This document shows, in pieces, positions 1 through 8,394 of a DNA stretch of 64,000 bases; position 1 is the first letter of the stretch; each line of letters starts with the position of its first letter. The translations under genes were made by a program, and so were the position numbers. This DNA comes from Bdellovibrionales bacterium (GTDB lineage: Bacteria; Bdellovibrionota; Bdellovibrionia; Bdellovibrionales; UBA1609), in contig OZ251448.1 of NCBI GenBank assembly GCA_965242515.1, positions 518,512 through 582,511 of the forward strand, given 5' to 3'. The notes beneath the pieces are model-generated. The model was given only the letters and a program-made list of their open reading frames with translations, did no database searches and was not told where the DNA came from.

Positions 1-723
1 ATGCCGAAATTGATGTGGTCCTTTTGTTTCTGCAAACCCCGCCTTCTTAGACCAACCAGATAACCATCGCCATATATCCACACGAGTAGGTCTTTTCCCT
101 CTATTATTGATAATAAGAGAATGCACTTCCCCCCCTTTTCTTCTCCCCGATTTAATTAAATACACCCGATGCATGCGAATGTAATCCGTTAAAGCCTGAA
201 ACAATATGTTAGTCAGAGGTAATAACCTCTGCTTGTTTCTTTTACCCGTTACCACTAAGGATTGTTCCATTTCATTAAGGTCTTGCAAATTAAGGTTTGT
301 CACTTCACTAATACGGCAACCCAAACCAAACAATAATAAAAGAGTGCTTTGGTTGCGTTTTGTTTTATGGATGTTTTTTACCACAGCTGATTGATATATC
401 CGCTCAAAATCTTTAGTAAGTAACACACGAGGCAACTTAGTCTTTATAGGTACAGGATGTAATGACCTTAATACTTGGTCAGATGTACCCACAAACCGCA
501 AATAAGACCTCACACTACTAATAATACGAGCTTTAGAGCGATTGCTAAAACCTTGCCCACTTATATATTCGTAAAAATAAGATAAAGGCTTGTTTTGCTT
601 TAAAAAATTGTTGTATAAACTTATATCTTTTTCATAAGCTTTTAAAGTGTTGGTAGAATAAATACCTCGCAATTTACGATCTTCTAAAAAATTTTGTAAT
701 TGCTTAAGTTTTTTAAAGCTCAT
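1..723 (-). CDS. Tyrosine recombinase, XerC/XerD family (N-terminal 241 aa; C-terminus runs off the window start)
   Basis: Not in the ORF track because it is open-ended. ATG at 723-721, and I checked the frame is stop-free to base 1. Translation MSFKKLKQLQNFLEDRKLRGIYSTNTLKAYEKDISLYNNFL...LLFGLGCRISEV...GKRNKQRLLPL...ETKGPHQFRH shows the Xer-type N-terminal core-binding region, the catalytic Arg box (GCRISE) and the HxxRH box. Confidence 0.8.
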   Translation of the reverse strand, partial: MSFKKLKQLQNFLEDRKLRGIYSTNTLKAYEKDISLYNNFLKQNKPLSYFYEYISGQGFSNRSKARIISSVRSYLRFVGTSDQVLRSLHPVPIKTKLPRVLLTKDFERIYQSAVVKNIHKTKRNQSTLLLLFGLGCRISEVTNLNLQDLNEMEQSLVVTGKRNKQRLLPLTNILFQALTDYIRMHRVYLIKSGRRKGGEVHSLIINNRGKRPTRVDIWRWLSGWSKKAGFAETKGPHQFRH

Positions 724-777
724 AATGATAAAGTCAAAATTGTTGAATAGATGCCTTTATGAAGTTATAAAAAAGCT

Positions 778-1311
778 TTATAGATTCCAGGGGTTCACAC
801 CTGGTCTGGGTACAAAAGGACCTTGCCTATTCCAAAACTGGCTATTAGGATTGTAACAACTAGGAGGGGCTTGTACTTCTGCACCAAGAATAGAGTAAGG
901 GTTGACAACATTATTACCTCTGCTAATAAACAACCTTAAATACACATTCTGCCCATTGATGTTGCAACTTTGAGCTGTGATATTGCCCACTGCAAGCTGT
1001 GCTTGGCAAGTAAAAGCCACATTGGCAGTACTTAAACAAGGAATCCCCGTAAATGTCACACTACCAGTAAGAGTTACTTGACCTTGTATGTCAAAAAGGC
1101 TTCCTTGGTTGCCCGGTGGTAATACAATGTTTAAGTTAATTTGTTGGATATCACCAAGATTGACACCCTGTAGTGCTACACTATTGCCTGCAATGACAGG
1201 CATACCAGGGGCTACTCCTGTTGCAGCTGGCACTATTTGCTGATTGTTAGGGTTACAATAAAGTAAAAAACTCGCCATAAAACAAATAACAAAGATAGTA
1301 AATAATTTCAT
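778..1311 (-). CDS. Hypothetical secreted protein or lipoprotein, Gly/Asn/Val-rich with several Cys
   Basis: N-terminal signal peptide MKLFTIFVICFMASFLLYC. No recognisable catalytic motif. Lies 25 nt downstream of the next gene on the same strand. Confidence 0.5.
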   Translation of the reverse strand: MKLFTIFVICFMASFLLYCNPNNQQIVPAATGVAPGMPVIAGNSVALQGVNLGDIQQINLNIVLPPGNQGSLFDIQGQVTLTGSVTFTGIPCLSTANVAFTCQAQLAVGNITAQSCNINGQNVYLRLFISRGNNVVNPYSILGAEVQAPPSCYNPNSQFWNRQGPFVPRPGVNPWNL

Positions 1312-1336
1312 TTTTCCAACTCCTGTTGTTTAGTTT

Positions 1337-2317
1337 TTATTTTAAAACTTGCGGAACCTTTATTTTTCTCATACTGGATTCATCAAAAGCTTCGGGTATG
1401 TCTAATCCTTCAAAAGTAGCTAGTTTTTCGTAACAGTTGTCATCAGGCTCAATGGCACGAAGAGGGTCTACACCTCTACCACTTCTCCAAGTTCGACAGT
1501 CGTAAGGACCGCTGTCAATATCCCAACAAGGTTTGTCTCTGCTGGCTAAAGAGGGTAAGCTTCCAATACCTGCATTGTACTGCCATACATATTTTTGTCC
1601 ATGATTGTTGCAAGAGTTTTGATTTCTAAAAGTTGTGCGAAAATTCATAATCCACACAGAGCCTCCGTAGAATTTGGGTGTCCCGTCAGAATCGTCAGCA
1701 TCATCTACAATGTTAGTAATACGGTCAATAACCAATATCAAAGCCCCTTCCGATTTCTGGCTAGTGTTTTGGAAAAACCCGTGAAAATATTGCTCACTTT
1801 TGTCCTTATTATAAAACCAAAAATTGTGCCTAGCATTGCCATCACGCCCTGACTTAAAGGTAATAGATTTTACCACACCTTGGTCTGCCCAATCAAGGTA
1901 GCTAAGGGTTACATCACCAAAATAAGTGTCTTTATTGGGAACATTTTCTAATTTGACATACACTCTAAAATCTTCAATATCATCTTCATTGTTGTAGGGG
2001 TTACCAAAGCGGAATTCTTCAAACGCATCGTAAGAAGCTATTTCTAAAGGAGCAGAAATACCCCACCTTTTTTCGTAATCTAATATCTCGCTACTTTTAG
2101 CAAATTGGTTACCATTAGTGTTACCACCAGTGCTATGAGTGTAGAATACACGATCTTCGTTCGTGTTAGTAGAAGCAGGACCTCTAAATCCACCTTGATT
2201 GCGACTTCCTTCTATTTGTTGCGTGCAATACACAAATACCAAAGCCATACTGATCAGTAGCAATATACCAACTAGCTGAAAAGTGCTTTTAGTTAATGTT
2301 GTTTTAATTGTTCTCAT
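1337..2317 (-). CDS. Hypothetical membrane-anchored or secreted protein with C-terminal Cys pairs
   Basis: N-terminal hydrophobic anchor FQLVGILLLISMALVFVYC. Long ORF with no competing frame apart from a short antisense ORF. No family recognised. Confidence 0.55.
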   Translation of the reverse strand: MRTIKTTLTKSTFQLVGILLLISMALVFVYCTQQIEGSRNQGGFRGPASTNTNEDRVFYTHSTGGNTNGNQFAKSSEILDYEKRWGISAPLEIASYDAFEEFRFGNPYNNEDDIEDFRVYVKLENVPNKDTYFGDVTLSYLDWADQGVVKSITFKSGRDGNARHNFWFYNKDKSEQYFHGFFQNTSQKSEGALILVIDRITNIVDDADDSDGTPKFYGGSVWIMNFRTTFRNQNSCNNHGQKYVWQYNAGIGSLPSLASRDKPCWDIDSGPYDCRTWRSGRGVDPLRAIEPDDNCYEKLATFEGLDIPEAFDESSMRKIKVPQVLK

Positions 2318-2525
2318 TAAAGTTCACTCTCAAAAGTTTAAAATTTTTAAGCTTTAATGTGTGAGGGCAGTAAAAAAGCCCACACAATAAAAGCTCTTCT
2401 TAAAAGACTTATCGGTTGATTTTTAAAATTGTTTAAAAAATTGTGTTTTTGATGTGTTTTTTTTCAAAACCTAGACCTTTTTATATTTTTTAACAAGCTA
2501 AAAGTCTAGCTCCAAAAGGGGGTTC

Positions 2526-2600
2526 TTTTGATACTACTATGTGCATGCCCTACCTTCATCCAATCCATACACTAATAAATACCAACTTTAGAGGTGAAAA
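2526..2600 (+). repeat. Dispersed intergenic repeat, module 1, copy A
   Basis: 75 nt (ttttgatactactatgtgcatgccctaccttcatccaatccatacactaataaataccaactttagaggtgaaaa). Aligns base for base with 18186-18260 with only scattered substitutions. Confidence 0.8.
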
Positions 2601-2697
2601 TTCATCTCACAAAAAAAATTACCTTTACCTCCATAAGCTAAAACATAAGTTATGTACTGCTACTTTATGTACATCAGAAGTGTTACCCTTGGGGTTT

Positions 2698-3540
2698 TTA
2701 AGAAGATAAACCGAGCCTTGCTTTTATGATCCTTAACACCTCACCTGCCGTTTCTTCTAAAGCTCTGTCAGTCACATTCACCACCGGCCAACGGTGTTTG
2801 TCAAATATCTCTCTAGAATACTCCATCTCTTTTAAAATATGCTCTTTATCCGTATACTCACCCTGCACACTCCACCCAAACTTTTTAAAACGATTTTTAC
2901 GAATGCGAATAAGATTCTCCATATCAATCGTTAAACCAATAATACGCCTAGCATCCACTTCAAATAATGTCTTAGGTAAAGCAATACCCAGTACCAATGG
3001 CACATTGGCTACCTTCCAACCCTTAAAACTAAGATAAATAGATAAAGGCGTTTTACTGGTGCGACTAACCCCTACCAATACAATGTCAGCTAACTTTAAC
3101 TGATTAACAGACTTGCCATCATCATGCCGTAAAGAAAAATCCGTAGCCTCAATCCTTTTAAAATAATCCTCATCCACACTCCTTAATAAACCCGGCTGCT
3201 TACTTTTATGACTTTTTAAAGTTTTGTCAAAATTATTTAACAAAGAACCTAAAACATCTATATATGGAATGTTATTTTTACGACAACTATCCTCAATAAC
3301 AGCCCTTACTGTTGGCAAAACTAAAGTGTAAATTAAAAGGCTTTTAACCTTAGGGATTTTTTCTAATAAAGATAAGGCTTGCCCCGTCGTGCGTACATTT
3401 TGAAAACGGATAATAGATACTTGGCTATGCTCATACTGAACTAAACCAGCACGAGCAACCGCTTCTGCCGTTTCCCCCGTACCATCTGACATAATATATA
3501 CAGAAAGGGTAGATGGAGTTTGTAATGACTTTTCACTCAT
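2698..3540 (-). CDS. Pyruvate,phosphate dikinase / PEP synthase regulatory kinase-pyrophosphorylase (PpsR/PSRP, DUF299 family)
   Basis: About 280 aa, the typical length. Motifs SDGTGETAE near the N-terminus and the P-loop-like VGVSRTSKTPLSIYLS...KVANVPLV are characteristic of this family. Confidence 0.8.
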   Translation of the reverse strand: MSEKSLQTPSTLSVYIMSDGTGETAEAVARAGLVQYEHSQVSIIRFQNVRTTGQALSLLEKIPKVKSLLIYTLVLPTVRAVIEDSCRKNNIPYIDVLGSLLNNFDKTLKSHKSKQPGLLRSVDEDYFKRIEATDFSLRHDDGKSVNQLKLADIVLVGVSRTSKTPLSIYLSFKGWKVANVPLVLGIALPKTLFEVDARRIIGLTIDMENLIRIRKNRFKKFGWSVQGEYTDKEHILKEMEYSREIFDKHRWPVVNVTDRALEETAGEVLRIIKARLGLSS

Positions 3541-4001
3541 AAGTTTTTACCTCCTTCCTCGTCCATAACATAATGTGGTAATAATGACCTGCCTGCTAAT
3601 TTTGTCCAACCCGCTATCCACTGTTTTTTTGTTAAAACACCTGGCACAAACACACGTATTGTTGGCTGATTGAGAGCAGACCATATTTGATACACATCTG
3701 TCAACCATCTGGTATGATAACTTACCTCTAAAACCCACCTGTTAGGTAAAAAAGCAGAACTTTCTACCAATAACGGAAGAGGCTTCCATGAACCCCACTC
3801 AATAGGATGTAAAAGAGGGTGTTTTATTCTCCTTCGCACAGTGTCTTCTAAATTATCTAACTTTTGATGCCTTAATGTGTGCAGTTGAAAATGTAAGTGC
3901 CAGTCCACTCGCACACCCCATACACTATGCTCAGGGTCACTCACTACCCATAATTGGCAACCTGCACTGAAAGCTGAATGAAAAGATAACGCCCGTTCCA
4001 T
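3537..4001 (-). CDS. Hypothetical protein (Trp/His-rich), translationally coupled to the ppsR-like gene
   Basis: 4-nt ATGA overlap with the downstream gene start. No recognisable motif. Confidence 0.45.
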   Translation of the reverse strand: MERALSFHSAFSAGCQLWVVSDPEHSVWGVRVDWHLHFQLHTLRHQKLDNLEDTVRRRIKHPLLHPIEWGSWKPLPLLVESSAFLPNRWVLEVSYHTRWLTDVYQIWSALNQPTIRVFVPGVLTKKQWIAGWTKLAGRSLLPHYVMDEEGGKNL

Positions 4002-4090
4002 ATTATTGTAACTCTTTGTTCCAACTACTTTTTTTTAGCCTATACCCTTTAAAAAATATTTTTATATCAACTGCTTTATTTGCAACTAAC

Positions 4091-4738
4091 TTACTTTTTA
4101 TCGCACTTATTGTTGTCGTCTTTATGACTGTCTTTACTGTTATCTTTACTGCTATCTTCATGGCTGTTTTGGTAGGGGGTTAAAGTTTTTTGAAATACAG
4201 CGTCTAACACACCATTGACAAAGCCAAAAGAATCACTTGTGCCATAGAGCTTAGCCATCTCCACTGCCTCGTTAATACATACTTTAAAGGGAACAGAAGG
4301 TGTGCCAAATAACATCTCGAAAACAGCAATCCTCATAATGTTTAAATCTACTAAAGGCATTCTGCTAAGCTTCCAAGAAGGGCTGGTTTGAGCAATCATG
4401 GTGTCAATCTGCTCTCGCTTTTCAACAATGCCTGTTAAAATTTGCATGCAATAGTTTTCAACCTTCTTCTGCGTGCCACCCGTAAATGCTAAGTGATGTG
4501 CTAAAAGCCGGTGATTTTTTTGGGTATTTGCTAACTCCCCTCCACCCGCTTTTTGACTATCAGGTAAGTGGTGAAACTCCTGAGCAAATAAAACCCTTAA
4601 AGCCATCTCCCTCGCCCCTCTTCGTAATTTTAACTGCCCCTCGGCAAAACACACTTGCTTACTACGGATATGCTGAATATCTACTGCTACCGGACTGTCT
4701 GCTACCGGACTGTCTGATTTTTTTAAAATTGTTTTCAT
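4091..4738 (-). CDS. nusB: Transcription antitermination factor NusB with N- and C-terminal low-complexity extensions
   Basis: Core RRGAREMALRVLFAQEF ... SRMPLVDLNIMRIAVFEML...VCINEAVEMAKLYGTSDSFGFVNGVLD matches the NusB fold signature. It carries a DSPVA-DSPVA duplication at the N-terminus and a KDNSKDSHKDDNNK tail. Confidence 0.8.
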   Translation of the reverse strand: MKTILKKSDSPVADSPVAVDIQHIRSKQVCFAEGQLKLRRGAREMALRVLFAQEFHHLPDSQKAGGGELANTQKNHRLLAHHLAFTGGTQKKVENYCMQILTGIVEKREQIDTMIAQTSPSWKLSRMPLVDLNIMRIAVFEMLFGTPSVPFKVCINEAVEMAKLYGTSDSFGFVNGVLDAVFQKTLTPYQNSHEDSSKDNSKDSHKDDNNKCDKK

Positions 4739-4970
4739 AATATAAATCCACTTTCACACTTTATGTTTTACACTTTGTTTTAAGGTTAGAAAAAGTCTCC
4801 CTTTACTTTTTTACTTTTTTTATCCACCTCTCAAACACTATGCCATTTTTTAACTTTTACTACACCGATTGTTGTAAAATACTTCATTAAAACTAATGTA
4901 ACATAAAATAACTCTATTATGCAAATATTAATCAATAGCCACTCAATAATAAATGTAACTATTTAACAAA

Positions 4971-5036
4971 GGCAAGAAAGGGATTTTTTTTTGAGTCCAA
5001 GCGAAGTATGGCACAAAAAAATTGCCCTTTCTTGCC
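4971..5036 (-). terminator. Long hairpin downstream of polA
   Basis: ggcaagaaaggg / ccctttcttgcc forms a 12-bp stem. A T9 run can pair with an A7 run to extend it. Lies 50 nt after the polA stop. Confidence 0.5.
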
Positions 5037-5085
5037 GTACTTAACTACATACAAGACACTTTCTGCAATCCTAAGCTTTTGAATT

Positions 5086-7968
5086 TTAAGATATAGGTTT
5101 TAAATCAGCCCAATTATTGCCAACCGAAAGATTCACCTTTAAAGGCACTTTCCACTTAACTATGTTTTCCATAATATCCCTTATATGTTGCACTTCTTCT
5201 TCCACCTTCGTTTTTTCACATTCAAATAATAGTTCATCATGTATCTGTAATAAAATAGGAGAATATAACTTATCTCTTAATTTCACCATCGCGAGCTTTA
5301 CTAAATCACCCGCCGTGCCTTGAATGGGAGTGTTAACAGCCGCTCTTTCACCAAACTTCTTAGTATGAAATCGCATAGAAGATAGCTCTTGCAACTGCCT
5401 CCGCCTGCCAAATAATGTCTCCACATATCCTCTCTTACCCGCCTCACACACTAAATAATTCATATACTCCCTAACTTTTTTAAATTTTTTAAAATACGCA
5501 TCTATTAACCCCTTCGCCTCTGCCACAGAAATACCTAAAGACTCCGATAATGCAAAAGCCCCTTGCCCATAAATTAAACCAAAATTAACAGCCTTCGCAG
5601 CATACCTTTGCTTGTCACTTACCTGCTCTAACGACACACCATACACCTTAGCTGCCATGGCTTTGTGAATATCTAGTCCCTTTTCAAAAGCTAAACATAA
5701 AGCAGGGTCTTGCGTTAAATGAGCAAGTACCCTTAACTCAATTTGCGAATAATCTGATGCCACCAACACACATCCTGCTCTTGCTACAAAAGCCCGTCTG
5801 ACTCGCTTACCACGGCTATTACGAATGGGAATGTTTTGTAAATTAGGATGCACACTAGATAGCCTCCCCGTAGCCGTCAACGCTTGACGAAAATGAGTGT
5901 GCACCCGCCCTCCTGTTTCCTTCCGGATTAAAGTCGGTAAAGCCGATAAATAAGTACTCTTTAACTTAAAAAGCTCTCTGTGTTCTAAAATTAAAGGGAT
6001 AATAGCATGCTCCCCACAGAGCTTATTTAATACATCCGCATCTGTCGAATAACCTGTTTTTGTTTTACGAAGAGCCTTTAACCCTAACTTATTAAATAAT
6101 ATGTCCGCTAATTGCTTAGGGCTAGATAAATTAAACTTTAAACCTGCATGATCAAAAATCCGCTTTTCTAACACCACTAAATCTTTGTCCACTGAATGCT
6201 CTTGCACTTTTAACTCATCCACATTTAATTTAATACCTATGCTCTCCATCTCAAACAATACAGCAATAAGAGGTAATTCCATTTTTTGATAAATGTCCGT
6301 CATACCCTGTGTAGCTAATTTATCTTCTAATAAGTTTTTTAAAGTAAGATGCAAACGATATATGTCATACACTCCTAACTGGCTAATGTCATCTTTATTT
6401 AAATAATTGGCACAAAGCCTTTCAAACCCTAACGATAAAGAAGAATGCACTAAATAACTAGCCATCATTGTACACCAACCAGCAAGTAACGAGCCAGAAC
6501 GCATATCCTTCACCTCTGTTTGACCTTCAAACACCACACCTTTACCACACATACCTCCCTCTCCCCTAAACGGGAAAAACTTTTTCCACACACTTTTTAA
6601 ATCATACCCGTGCCACATAATATTTTTTTGCAATAGTAACTGCCCTACTTTTTCTAATCTCAAGCCCGCTAAATTACACATTTTATTCTTGTAAGCTAAA
6701 AAAAACTGACCCTTATGCACCAACACCCATACCTTAGCATAAGGCTTAACAATGTCACATAAATCAATTAAAGAGGGAAAGATGATATTTTTTTCACTTT
6801 CTTTATTGTTATTCCTGCTCCCATTGTCATTCCCTCCCCCATTGTCATTCCCGCTCCCATTGTCATTCCCTCCCCCATTGTCATTCCCGCTCCCATTGTC
6901 ATTCCCGTTCCTATTGTCATTCCCGCTCCTATTGTCATTCCCGCGGAGGCGGGAATCCAAACTTGTACGCATACAAGTGGCATTCTGGATTCCTGCCTTC
7001 GCAGGAATGACGGCTGACGAGGGAATGACGGCGGATGCAGGAATGACGGCGGATGCGGGCGTGGTGGCTGACTCTGACATGACAGCAGACGCAGAAACAA
7101 CATAAGATGGGCATAGTGCAAAATACTCTTTCTTTATAGCAAAACCAAGCTCTTTTAATAAACTCTCTAACGCTTTTTGATTTATCTTTTCGCGATGGTA
7201 TTTAACTTTATTAGCAATATTTAAACTAGTTACAATACGTACTAAATCTCTAGACAAAAAAGCATTCTTCTTACTATCATTTAATTTTTTTGCTAATCTA
7301 TCAGGTATTTGTGAGATATTTTTGTAAATACCATCTAATCCCTTATACTGCTTTAATAACTTCACAGCTCCCTTCGGACCAATACCTGCAACCCCCGGTA
7401 TATTATCACTACTGTCACCTACTAACGATAAATAATCTATCATTTGTAAAGGTTTGACACCCCATTTTTGCTCTACACCCATTATATCGTAACTTCTATC
7501 CCTCATAGGATCGTACATAGAAATATCTGCATCCACTAATTGAGCAAAATCTTTATCGCCACTCACAATAACCACCTTAAAACCCTTAGCCTTGCCCACT
7601 ATAGCTAAAGAGCCTATGATGTCGTCAGCCTCATACCCTGCATACTCTATCATCGGAATGCCTAACACTTTCGTCATTTTCTTTACATAAGGCACTTGTT
7701 TTTTTAAATCATCCGGCATTTCTCCCCGATGAGCCTTATATTGCTTATACATATCGTAACGAAAAGAAGGTTTTTCATGATCAAAACAATACACTAAATG
7801 CTGAGCTGAATATTCTCTTACAAATTTCACCGTCGTAGATAAAAAACCATACAACGCATTTGTCGGAACACCCTTAGGACTCTTTAAATGAGGAGATACA
7901 GCATAATAAGAACGAAAAAATAACGAACTCACATCCATAAGATATAAAGTGGGTTTTTTATTTGTCAT
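5086..7968 (-). CDS. polA: DNA polymerase I, carrying an about 100-aa in-frame repeat insertion between the 5'-nuclease and the central domain
   Basis: 5'-nuclease motifs (LMDVSSLFFRSYYA, GYEADDIIG, VSGDKDFAQL, GVAGIGPKGA). Polymerase motifs A (DYSQIELRVLAH), B (QRYAAKAVNFGLIYG) and C (QIHDELLFE). Confidence 0.95.
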   Translation of the reverse strand: MTNKKPTLYLMDVSSLFFRSYYAVSPHLKSPKGVPTNALYGFLSTTVKFVREYSAQHLVYCFDHEKPSFRYDMYKQYKAHRGEMPDDLKKQVPYVKKMTKVLGIPMIEYAGYEADDIIGSLAIVGKAKGFKVVIVSGDKDFAQLVDADISMYDPMRDRSYDIMGVEQKWGVKPLQMIDYLSLVGDSSDNIPGVAGIGPKGAVKLLKQYKGLDGIYKNISQIPDRLAKKLNDSKKNAFLSRDLVRIVTSLNIANKVKYHREKINQKALESLLKELGFAIKKEYFALCPSYVVSASAVMSESATTPASAVIPASAVIPSSAVIPAKAGIQNATCMRTSLDSRLRGNDNRSGNDNRNGNDNGSGNDNGGGNDNGSGNDNGGGNDNGSRNNNKESEKNIIFPSLIDLCDIVKPYAKVWVLVHKGQFFLAYKNKMCNLAGLRLEKVGQLLLQKNIMWHGYDLKSVWKKFFPFRGEGGMCGKGVVFEGQTEVKDMRSGSLLAGWCTMMASYLVHSSLSLGFERLCANYLNKDDISQLGVYDIYRLHLTLKNLLEDKLATQGMTDIYQKMELPLIAVLFEMESIGIKLNVDELKVQEHSVDKDLVVLEKRIFDHAGLKFNLSSPKQLADILFNKLGLKALRKTKTGYSTDADVLNKLCGEHAIIPLILEHRELFKLKSTYLSALPTLIRKETGGRVHTHFRQALTATGRLSSVHPNLQNIPIRNSRGKRVRRAFVARAGCVLVASDYSQIELRVLAHLTQDPALCLAFEKGLDIHKAMAAKVYGVSLEQVSDKQRYAAKAVNFGLIYGQGAFALSESLGISVAEAKGLIDAYFKKFKKVREYMNYLVCEAGKRGYVETLFGRRRQLQELSSMRFHTKKFGERAAVNTPIQGTAGDLVKLAMVKLRDKLYSPILLQIHDELLFECEKTKVEEEVQHIRDIMENIVKWKVPLKVNLSVGNNWADLKPIS
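6805..7100. repeat. Composite palindromic repeat inside polA: seven 18-bp tandem units, three nested hairpins, and inverted 18-bp units
   Basis: attgtcattccc recurs every 18 bp at 6823, 6841, 6859, 6877, 6895, 6913 and 6931. Hairpins: attcccgc-ggag-gcgggaat (6937-6956), acttgta-cgca-tacaagt (6961-6978), attcctgc-cttc-gcaggaat (6989-7008). About three inverted gaatgacggcgga units follow (7005-7060). Both strands have long open frames across it. Confidence 0.9.
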
Positions 7969-7983
7969 TTTCTTAAACCTTTT

Positions 7984-8340
7984 TTAATCTTCTTCATCTT
8001 TTAATAAGCTTTTTGCTGGAGCTACACCATCTTTTATTTTATCGTTTGAAAAAATAAATATAATATCCCTTTGCCCTACTAAATTAAAACGACTTCTGAC
8101 TTCTTTTTCTAAAAAATTTTTGTCAGATAGTTTGTCCAAACGCTCCTCCACTAAAGCATTCTTCTTTTGTAAGTCTAACATACGACCATCTAATTGCCTT
8201 TGCTTAATACCCATATTCCAAGTTCTAGCTAAAGTGCCATCACAACTTAAATGCATCATCACAAATAATAAACAAACCAATAATACCCATAATGGACGAT
8301 TGAGAAACCACCTTAAAAAATAAATATACCTTCTGTTCAC
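7984..8340 (-). CDS. ftsB: Septum formation initiator FtsB/DivIC family
   Basis: Small protein with one TM segment (LWVLLVCLLFVMMHL), then a coiled coil, then the C-terminal LEKEVRSRFNLVGQRDIIFIF typical of FtsB. Confidence 0.7.
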   Translation of the reverse strand: MNRRYIYFLRWFLNRPLWVLLVCLLFVMMHLSCDGTLARTWNMGIKQRQLDGRMLDLQKKNALVEERLDKLSDKNFLEKEVRSRFNLVGQRDIIFIFSNDKIKDGVAPAKSLLKDEED

Positions 8341-8394
8341 TTAAATTTTTCTCCCATTGTTTTTCTTAACCCACAAGCACCCTCGCTTTTTTTG

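Noticed and set aside
1-723. The Xer-type recombinase as a marker of an integrated mobile element or prophage.
   Set aside because: The N-terminal region looks like housekeeping XerC/XerD. No att-like repeats, phage genes or compositional shift are adjacent, and the gene is truncated by the window edge.
6752-7121. ORFs 6752-7105 (+) and 6768-7121 (-), 117 aa each, with repetitive PLSFP / GMT peptides.
   Set aside because: They exist only because the palindromic 18-bp repeat inside polA is open in several frames. The polA frame is continuous through the region and has conserved domains on both sides.
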